Assembly (NCBI GenBank): GCA_051007495.1
Contig: JBPCSC010000216.1
Location: 1 to 57,971 of the forward strand
DNA from: Methylococcaceae bacterium
GTDB taxonomy: Bacteria > Pseudomonadota > Gammaproteobacteria > Methylococcales > Methylococcaceae
Direction of reading: 5' to 3'
Length of the DNA stretch: 57,971 nucleotides
This document shows, piece by piece, positions 51,689-57,971 of this stretch (its first letter is position 1; each line of letters opens with the position of its first letter). The position numbers and the translations under genes are program-made. The notes beneath the pieces are model-generated. The model was not told the DNA's origin. It did not search any database and worked only from the letters and a program-made list of their open reading frames with translations.

Positions 51689-54600
51689 ATGTCCACCCCA
51701 ACCCCACCCTCATTCGCCAGCAAAGACACGCTGGACCCCCAATTCGGCAGCGGCGGCACCACAGTAACTCGCGATGCCACCCGCCAACTCACCGTGGTTG
51801 ATATGGCACTCACCGCAGCAGGTGAAATCCTGCTGGCCGTCGATGCCAGCGACTCGACTGGCTCCAGCCTGTTGCTGATGCGTTATGACGCACACGGCGC
51901 ACCGGACACCCGCTTCGGCGACGCAGGCATAGTCACCACCGCCTTTCAGTCCAGTGGCGGATCGGCCTTCGCCATCAGCGTTTTAGCCGACGGCAAAATC
52001 GTACTGGTGGGCGATGACTACAACGGCAAAAATCTCGATTTCGCCCTGGTTCAGTATGGAGCAGACGGCCGAGTGGACACCGATTTTGCGACGGCGGGGC
52101 GAGTGGACACCGCTTTTGGCCAGTACGATGACCGCGCCACCGCCGTGGCAGTACAGACCGATGGCCGGATTGTGGTCGTCGGGCACAGCTTCAACGGCAG
52201 CCAGGATGATTTTGCCGTCGCCCGCTATCTGCCTACCGGTGTACTCGACAGCAGTTTTGCCAACGCGGGCAAAACCACAGTCGACTTCCGCAAAGCCGGC
52301 GACGGCGCGACCGCCGTAGCACTGCAAACAGACGGAAAAATCCTGATCGCCGGCCACAGCTTTAATAGCACCCGAGGCGATGACTTCGGCCTGGTGCGCC
52401 TCAACGTCAACGGCACCTTCGACAGCAGTTTTGGCTCAGGCGGAGGTGTCACCACCAACATCCTGGGTGGTAACGATGTCGTTACCGCCATTGCGGTGCA
52501 AAGTGACGGCAAAATTGTGCTGGCGGGTCGTAGTTTCACCGGCCTGACGGCACAAGCAGTGCTGGTGCGTTATCTGAACAATGGAACCCTGGACACAGGG
52601 TTTGGCAGCAATGGAATCGTCACCACCAGCCTCATGGACACGGCCACCGACGTGATCATCCGCCCCGATGGCAAACTGGTGATGTCGGGGTCGGCCCAAG
52701 GCGACTTCGCCCTGATACGCCTGAATGGTACAGGCCAAATCGACACCACATTCGGCACTGAAGGCGTGGTCAAAACCGGCCAGCCAGCCCAAATCGAACG
52801 GATTAACCGCCTCGCCGTGCAAGATGACGGCAAACTTCTGGCGGTGGGCCATCGTCTGGAAGCCAACCAATCCGCCGTGGTTTTGCAGCGTTATGGCTGG
52901 GATGTTTCACTTTCGACCCTACAGGAAGACGACACCAACCCACAGGGCAGCACCTTCAAAGCATTGTATGAAACGGTCTATGTTGATGCCGATGCCAATG
53001 CGTATGCCGGGGTAGCACTGTCAGCGCGTGGGGTTCATGCCGAAGAAGGCGATTGGCAATACAGCACCGACGACGGCGCACACTGGTTTTCAGTGGGAGT
53101 AGTCGATCAAAACACAGCCCTGTTACTTGGGCGAGAGACCCGCATTCGCTTCGTGCCGGCCCACGATTACGCCGGCACACCCACCGCACTAAACCTCCAT
53201 TTGGTAGACGATTCAGCCGGTTTTACCTTCACCCAAGGGGCTAATCGCGCCACAGTCAGCCTGACATCAGCCCAGGCGATCAGTGCCATTTCCACCCAGA
53301 GCAGCGATTTATCGCTGCGGGTGCTTGCAGTCAATGATGCCCCGGTTCTGACCCGCATAACGCCCTTCACCGGCGGCCAGGAAAACCAGGCCTACACCCT
53401 GAACCCCGAAGACCTGCCCACCCACAGCGATGTATATGATGCAGACGGCGACACCCTGGTGTTTCGCATAGACAGGCTGTTATCTGGCCAGTTAAGCCTG
53501 AACGGTCAAGCGGTTATTGAAGGCGTCACCACACTCACCGCCGGATCCACACTGCTCTGGACACCACCCGCCGGGGCAAACGGTAACGTAGCGGTGTGCA
53601 CGGTGGTGGCGGTTGATCCCTCCGGGTCTAGTTCCCAGGCCGCAACCGTGACCGTACAACTGGCTGCCGTCAACGATCCCCCTCATTTAAGCCGGGTCAA
53701 CGTGATGCCAGGCGGAATCGAAGACACCCCCTACCGACTCACCTACGACGACGTGCTAAACCAATCCGATGCGAGCGACCCCGACGGCGATGCCGTGTCG
53801 TTTCGCATTGAAGCCATTGCCGCCGGCAGCGTGTTTGTAAACGACCGGGCGGTGATCCCGGGATCAACCCGGCTAAACCCCGGCGACACCTTGAGCGGGC
53901 TTCCCCCCACCGATGCCAACGGCTTGATCACTATAGGTCAGATAGTGGCAATAGACCCCAGCGGAGCAGTATCGGCCACCCCCATACCCCTCACCCTGGA
54001 GGTACTTCCCGTCAATGATGCCCCCACACTAAGCCGGATCAACCGCCTAAGCGGAGCCACAGAAGACACCCCATTTTCCATCAGCCTGGACACCCTGCGC
54101 TCAGCCAGCGATGCCCACGATGCAGACGGCGACGCGCTGGTGTTCCGGGTGGTCGACGTGATCAGTGGCACACTGACCGAAGCCGGAAACCTGATCTGGA
54201 CACCCCCCCGTGATGCCAACGGCATACTGACCGCCTTCACCGTGGAAGCGGTGGATCCGAGTGGGTCCACCAGCGACCCTGTAGCCGTGCAGGTGGTGGT
54301 CTCACCGGTAGACGATCCCCCCGTGCTCACCCGCATCGCTCCCTTGCGCGGTGGGGTGGAAGATCAACCCTACCGCTTCGCCTACCCACAAATACTCGCC
54401 GCCAGCGATGCCTACGACCCGGACGGCGAAGCCCCGGTGTTTCAGATGGATGCCGCAGTAGCAGGCCGACTGAGCATTAACGGTGTGGCGTATTCCGGCG
54501 GTGCTCGCCGGGTATTAGCCACTGATGCACTGGAGTGGCAACCGCCAGAGAACGCCAATGGCATTCTGACCGCGTTGACGCTGGGTGTGGTAGATGCCCA

Positions 54601-56059
54601 GGGGCGTGAGCAAGGGCCACCGCAGCCACTCACGATTGAACTGGCAGCGGTGAACGACCCACCCCGGATGAGCCGAATCGACGTATTCACCGATGCCCAG
54701 GAAGATACGCCTTACGTATTGACCTATGCCCAACTGCGCTCAGCCAGCGATGCCCATGATGTAGACGGCGACGCGCTGGAGTTTCGGGTTGCGGCCGTAC
54801 AATTAACCGATGGTGCCAGCCTGATCTGGACACCCCCCCGTGATGCCAACGGCGTACTGACCGGGTTTAATCTGGAGTTGTGGGATACCGTTACCCAAAC
54901 GCCAGTCCTGCCCGCCTTGCCGGTGAAATTCCGGGTGGCGGCCATCAACGACCCACCGGTCATCACCCTGCCCACCACCCCAACACCGGTTTACACGGAA
55001 GGAGGGGTTGCCGTGCAGCCTTGTTCCGGCCTTGAACTCACAGACGTAGACACCGCCCGCATGGACTCAGCGACCATCCGCCTGATCGGGTTCAATCCAC
55101 TGGATCGCCTGACGGTGAACACCGGCGGCACGCCCGTCTCGGCAAGCTACCAGGCCACAACCGGCACCTTGCAACTCAGTGGCGGGGCCACGCTGGCAAC
55201 CTACCAAAACCTGCTCAAAAGCCTGTCCTTCACAACCGCACAGGATGTACTCAAACCTGAACTGCGCCGCCTCGAACTGACCGTAAGTGATGGCACACAA
55301 ACCAGCCTGCCAAAATCGCAAAGCCTGACCCTCATGCCCTCCGTCATCAATGGAACCGACGGCGCGGACACACTAATCGGCACAGCGGCAAACGATGTGA
55401 TTAATGCTGGAGCAGGTGACGACTGGCTGGACGGCAAAGCCGGAGCGGATCGCATGACGGGAGGGGCAGGCAATGACACCTACATCGTCGATAACACCGG
55501 TGAGGTCATCCGGGAAGATACCGGAGCAGGAACCGACCGGGTCATCAGCACGCTGTCTTGGGGGCTAGGCCCTAACCTGGAGGAACTGGTGCTGGGCGGC
55601 CAGCAAAACCTGAGTGGAACCGGCAACAGCCTGAATAACAGGCTATACGGCAATGCGGGAAGAAACCGACTGTCGGGGATGGGAGGGCGAGACACGCTAA
55701 TAGGCAACGGAGGCGCAGACACCCTGGCAGGCGGGGCAGATGTGGACACGTTTGTCTACTTGAGCCTGGACGACAGCCGACCGGGTTCCGGCCACGACCT
55801 GATACTGGACTTCAACCGCAAAGCAGGCGAGCGAATCGACCTGACGGCACTGGATGCCAACAGCCTGATGGCCGGCCATCAGGCCTTTTCCTGGAGAGGC
55901 ACTGCCCCGTTCACGGCACCCGGCCAGATCCGTTATGTGTACGAGGCCGGACGAGACACCGGCACACTCACCGCCGACACCGACGGCGACCGACTGCCCG
56001 ATCTGGAAATCGAACTGATCAAAGTAAAACTACTCACCGCCGCCGACCTACTAATGTAG
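51689..56059 (+). CDS. Giant secreted repeat protein: seven delta-60 repeats, five cadherin-like repeats, RTX calcium-binding repeats and a T1SS-type C-terminus (1,456 aa)
   Basis: The ATG at 51689 (MSTPTPPSFASKDTLDPQFGSGG...) is the first Met after the REP elements; the track start at 51518 reads through them. There is no signal peptide. The C-terminus carries GGxGxD nonapeptides (GTDGADTLIGTAANDVINAGAGDDWLDGKAGADRMTGGAGNDTYIV) and a serralysin-C-like end. Confidence 0.9.
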   Translation: MSTPTPPSFASKDTLDPQFGSGGTTVTRDATRQLTVVDMALTAAGEILLAVDASDSTGSSLLLMRYDAHGAPDTRFGDAGIVTTAFQSSGGSAFAISVLADGKIVLVGDDYNGKNLDFALVQYGADGRVDTDFATAGRVDTAFGQYDDRATAVAVQTDGRIVVVGHSFNGSQDDFAVARYLPTGVLDSSFANAGKTTVDFRKAGDGATAVALQTDGKILIAGHSFNSTRGDDFGLVRLNVNGTFDSSFGSGGGVTTNILGGNDVVTAIAVQSDGKIVLAGRSFTGLTAQAVLVRYLNNGTLDTGFGSNGIVTTSLMDTATDVIIRPDGKLVMSGSAQGDFALIRLNGTGQIDTTFGTEGVVKTGQPAQIERINRLAVQDDGKLLAVGHRLEANQSAVVLQRYGWDVSLSTLQEDDTNPQGSTFKALYETVYVDADANAYAGVALSARGVHAEEGDWQYSTDDGAHWFSVGVVDQNTALLLGRETRIRFVPAHDYAGTPTALNLHLVDDSAGFTFTQGANRATVSLTSAQAISAISTQSSDLSLRVLAVNDAPVLTRITPFTGGQENQAYTLNPEDLPTHSDVYDADGDTLVFRIDRLLSGQLSLNGQAVIEGVTTLTAGSTLLWTPPAGANGNVAVCTVVAVDPSGSSSQAATVTVQLAAVNDPPHLSRVNVMPGGIEDTPYRLTYDDVLNQSDASDPDGDAVSFRIEAIAAGSVFVNDRAVIPGSTRLNPGDTLSGLPPTDANGLITIGQIVAIDPSGAVSATPIPLTLEVLPVNDAPTLSRINRLSGATEDTPFSISLDTLRSASDAHDADGDALVFRVVDVISGTLTEAGNLIWTPPRDANGILTAFTVEAVDPSGSTSDPVAVQVVVSPVDDPPVLTRIAPLRGGVEDQPYRFAYPQILAASDAYDPDGEAPVFQMDAAVAGRLSINGVAYSGGARRVLATDALEWQPPENANGILTALTLGVVDAQGREQGPPQPLTIELAAVNDPPRMSRIDVFTDAQEDTPYVLTYAQLRSASDAHDVDGDALEFRVAAVQLTDGASLIWTPPRDANGVLTGFNLELWDTVTQTPVLPALPVKFRVAAINDPPVITLPTTPTPVYTEGGVAVQPCSGLELTDVDTARMDSATIRLIGFNPLDRLTVNTGGTPVSASYQATTGTLQLSGGATLATYQNLLKSLSFTTAQDVLKPELRRLELTVSDGTQTSLPKSQSLTLMPSVINGTDGADTLIGTAANDVINAGAGDDWLDGKAGADRMTGGAGNDTYIVDNTGEVIREDTGAGTDRVISTLSWGLGPNLEELVLGGQQNLSGTGNSLNNRLYGNAGRNRLSGMGGRDTLIGNGGADTLAGGADVDTFVYLSLDDSRPGSGHDLILDFNRKAGERIDLTALDANSLMAGHQAFSWRGTAPFTAPGQIRYVYEAGRDTGTLTADTDGDRLPDLEIELIKVKLLTAADLLM
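51731..52903 (+). repeat. Seven tandem delta-60-type repeats (about 55-58 aa each) inside the giant gene
   Basis: The pattern D(T/S)xFGxxGxVxT...A(V/I)A(V/L)QxDGKIV(L/V)xG....DFA(L/V)xRY..xG recurs seven times, which is consistent with a 7-bladed propeller. Confidence 0.75.
53329..54945 (+). repeat. Five tandem cadherin-like repeats of about 100 aa (VNDAP/VNDPP-initiated)
   Basis: Units begin VNDAPVLTR, VNDPPHLSR, VNDAPTLSR, VDDPPVLTR, VNDPPRMSR. Each has an xEDxPY segment, a D(A/P)DGD(A/T)L(V/E)FR calcium-site-like segment and W(T/Q)PPxxANG. Confidence 0.75.
55346..55759 (+). repeat. RTX (haemolysin-type) calcium-binding nonapeptide repeat blocks
   Basis: Two blocks of GGxGxDxUx-like repeats: INGTDGADTLIGTAANDVINAGAGDDWLDGKAGADRMTGGAGNDTY and GNAGRNRLSGMGGRDTLIGNGGADTLAGGADVDTFVY. 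Confidence 0.8.
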
Positions 56060-56075
56060 CCAAACCGCCGGGCCT

Positions 56076-57098
56076 CTAAGGCGTAGCCACCTGGCCTAAA
56101 ATCCCCTGCATCAGTGGCAGGATAAGCGCGTCACGCCTGAGTTCGTACACCGGATTCAAAAAAATCCTGTGCGCGATGGCAGCGGCAAACACCAGATGCA
56201 CGTCTTCAGGCAGCAGATAATTCCGCCCCGCCAACCAGGCCTGCACCCGCGCCGCTTGCAGCATCAGGCTCATCCCGCGAGGACTGGACCCCGCCTTGAT
56301 AAGATGCGGCATATCCACGCCATCAATACGCACACCCACAGCCTGAGGGTCACGGGTGGCGTGCCACAGGCGGCGTGCATAATCACCCAGTGCCGGGCTA
56401 GCCTCAACAAACGCCTGAATCTGCCGGCACACACACGTCATCTCACGATAATCCAGCACGCCCGGTTCAACCGACTCAACCAACCCATCCACATCATGAA
56501 AGCGGGTATCAAACAGCAAAGCCCGTTGCGTTTCAGCATCAGCAGGAATTTCCACGCTCAACTCCAGCATAAAACGATCCCGTGCGGCGGAAGGAATCTC
56601 AAAAGTTTCCTCCTGTTCAACCCGATTGCGATCAGCGAAAACCTGAAGATGAGGCAATCGAAATTCACGGTTAAAAGCGTTCACCCGCCGTTCTGCCATA
56701 ACACCCAGCAGCAACGCGTGTACTTGCGGCCTGGCGCGGTTAATCTCATTAAAAAAGAACACCGCCAAATCCTCGCCCTGTTTCAGCAAAGGGCCAGGTG
56801 CTATGTTCGGTTTGCCCAGTTCGTCTATATAAGTGTGATAAAGCAAATCGCCCGGCAACAAATCGACAGTCCCCTCCACGCGCTCAAACGCCCCGCCCAA
56901 GCCACGCGCCACCGCCCGCAACAAAGTGGTTTTGCCCACTCCAACGTCGCCTTCCAGCATAATGTGGCCCCGCGCAAACAAGGCCAGGGTAATAAGGTGG
57001 ATGACCCGGGACTGACCCACAACCGCGTGAGCGACAGAGTCTTCAAACCGCATGGCCTTATCCCGCCAATCGGCCAGTTGATGCTCGTTCAGTGACAT
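56076..57098 (-). CDS. MoxR-like AAA+ ATPase (orphan; Walker B Asp replaced by Asn)
   Basis: AAA_3-like core AVVGQSRVIHLITLALFARGHIMLEGDVGVGKTTLLRAVA (Walker A) and AVFFFNEINRARPQVHALLLGVMAERRV (Walker B region). The ATG at 57098 has no SD and the track start at 57104 is TTG. An alternative ATG lies at 57053. Confidence 0.85.
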   Translation of the reverse strand: MSLNEHQLADWRDKAMRFEDSVAHAVVGQSRVIHLITLALFARGHIMLEGDVGVGKTTLLRAVARGLGGAFERVEGTVDLLPGDLLYHTYIDELGKPNIAPGPLLKQGEDLAVFFFNEINRARPQVHALLLGVMAERRVNAFNREFRLPHLQVFADRNRVEQEETFEIPSAARDRFMLELSVEIPADAETQRALLFDTRFHDVDGLVESVEPGVLDYREMTCVCRQIQAFVEASPALGDYARRLWHATRDPQAVGVRIDGVDMPHLIKAGSSPRGMSLMLQAARVQAWLAGRNYLLPEDVHLVFAAAIAHRIFLNPVYELRRDALILPLMQGILGQVATP

Positions 57099-57440
57099 AA
57101 ACAAGAAAGAAATAAATTAAAAAACAAACAACAAAAAAGACCACCCCAGGCCAGGCAGTCCCGCCTTCAATCGTTTTGGCCTCCAAACCACGCCTGCTTA
57201 TGCCAAAAAAAAATAAGCCCGCGTTTGCACCATTATCCATCCACAAAAAACGCAAAAAGAACCAAAAAACAACCAAAACCACAGGCCCGGTTCCATTCAC
57301 CGCCCCTCCACGCCCATCCCTTCACCACCCAACCCAAAGAGGCAACCCCACCTTATAAACACCCCCGAGTGAACCCCTCATGACACCTCCCAATCCCGCC
57401 AAAACCCTATGTAACGATACGCTTACAACGTCGGCGTATG
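57099..57440 (+). other. Strongly strand-asymmetric A+C-rich tract (about 75% A+C on the plus strand)
   Basis: A hand count of 57101-57400 gives G=35 and T=40 of 300 nt. Runs include AAACAAACAACAAAAAAGA, CCACAAAAAACGCAAAAAGAACCAAAAAACAACCAAAACCACA and CACCGCCCCTCCACGCCCATCCCTTCACCACCCAACCCAAAG. Confidence 0.8.
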
Positions 57441-57717
57441 CTTGACAATGCAGCACGAAACCAGAAAAATCATCATCGTCCGAAGCGGGCCTTAGACAGG
57501 TTCGGCTTGCGTGTTGCTTTTGCTGTCACGCAGGCATCGAGTCCATCCCACTCACCCGAACACAAGGTAGGGGGGCAAAACAGGGACAACAGTCGGGGGC
57601 ACTGCCCCTGCCTTATTCACCGGGAAATCACTACGGCTAGCGCAATGAAGTGCTAGGCCGAGTGTACGTGGCGAAGTGTTCGCTCATTTTTTATTGCAAT
57701 AAAACAGGGGATTTTCC

Positions 57718-57971
57718 ATGGCAACATTATCAGTAACTGACTTCCAATCAGGCAAAACCGGCACATCCGGCGAAATAGACACTTTAACCCTCTCAGCCAG
57801 CTTTACCAGGCCCAACAGCAACGCTGACAGCATTGAAATCGTTCAGGTTGATTCCACCACCGGCATCAGCGTCAACTGGTTAACCACCAAAACACAAACG
57901 GTCGGCATCCAGTTGATCGGCAACACCGGCGACGACACCCTCGGTGGCAGCATTGCCGCCGAGGGTGTCGT
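57718..57971 (+). CDS. N-terminal fragment of a second RTX/adhesin-like repeat protein (continues beyond the window)
   Basis: The ATG at 57718 is preceded by AGGGGA 7 nt upstream. The frame is open to the window end (84 codons): MATLSVTDFQSGKTGTSGEIDTLTLSASF...IGNTGDDTLGGSIAAEGV. It has an RTX-like GNTGDDTLGG motif and no signal peptide. It is absent from the ORF track because no stop is reached. Confidence 0.6.
   Translation, partial: MATLSVTDFQSGKTGTSGEIDTLTLSASFTRPNSNADSIEIVQVDSTTGISVNWLTTKTQTVGIQLIGNTGDDTLGGSIAAEGV

Noticed and set aside
56169-57095. 308-aa plus-strand ORF antisense to the MoxR gene
   Set aside because: The minus-strand frame has clear AAA+ motifs. The antisense translation is rich in Arg, His, Gln and Pro and has no recognisable domain.
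57058-57300. 80-aa minus-strand ORF with two hydrophobic stretches upstream of, and overlapping, the moxR start
   Set aside because: Its Val/Phe/Gly/Leu/Trp richness follows directly from translating the G/T-rich strand of the A+C tract. It has no SD and overlaps moxR by about 40 nt. I treat it as a compositional artefact unless expression data say otherwise.

Overview
This 57,971-bp window looks like a gammaproteobacterial chromosome; core genes are about 55-65% GC by hand counts of single 60-nt lines. Most of it is housekeeping. It holds a complete distal dcw cluster (ftsI 3' end, murE-murF-mraY-murD-ftsW-murG-murC-murB-ddl-ftsQ-ftsA-ftsZ) plus lpxC. It also holds rsmE-yggS divergent from mutL-miaA-mutM, and groES-groEL behind a sigma70-like promoter with a perfect CIRCE operator. 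The remaining core blocks are a divergent glycogen locus (glgB-glgA / glgC-malQ), tsaD divergent from rpsU-yqeY-dnaG, a TonB-dependent receptor, MFS-ssb, and dnaE. I recognised no rRNA, tRNA, CRISPR array, transposase or integrase. Accessory segments sit between these blocks. The best candidate for something new is a low-GC island at about 16.8-22.0 kb. It encodes a secreted 8-haem cytochrome c (one CX4CH plus seven CXXCH, with a haem-free C-terminal domain), a small membrane ORF, a periplasmic parvulin-type PPIase and an XRE regulator with a CxxCxxC tail. The second candidate is the right end (51.5-58 kb). It has tandem REP-like elements and a 1,456-aa protein with seven delta-60 repeats, five cadherin-like repeats and an RTX C-terminus. 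It also has an orphan MoxR ATPase with an Asn in Walker B, a 340-bp tract that is about 75% A+C on one strand, and the start of a second RTX-like gene. Smaller items are an orphan Stf0-type sulfotransferase, a mini secretin-like secreted protein after glgA, a DUF2267 / PAS-GGDEF pair, and broken canonical syntenies (miaA without hfq, dnaG without rpoD). All calls come from reading the translations and sequence by eye. No database search was run.
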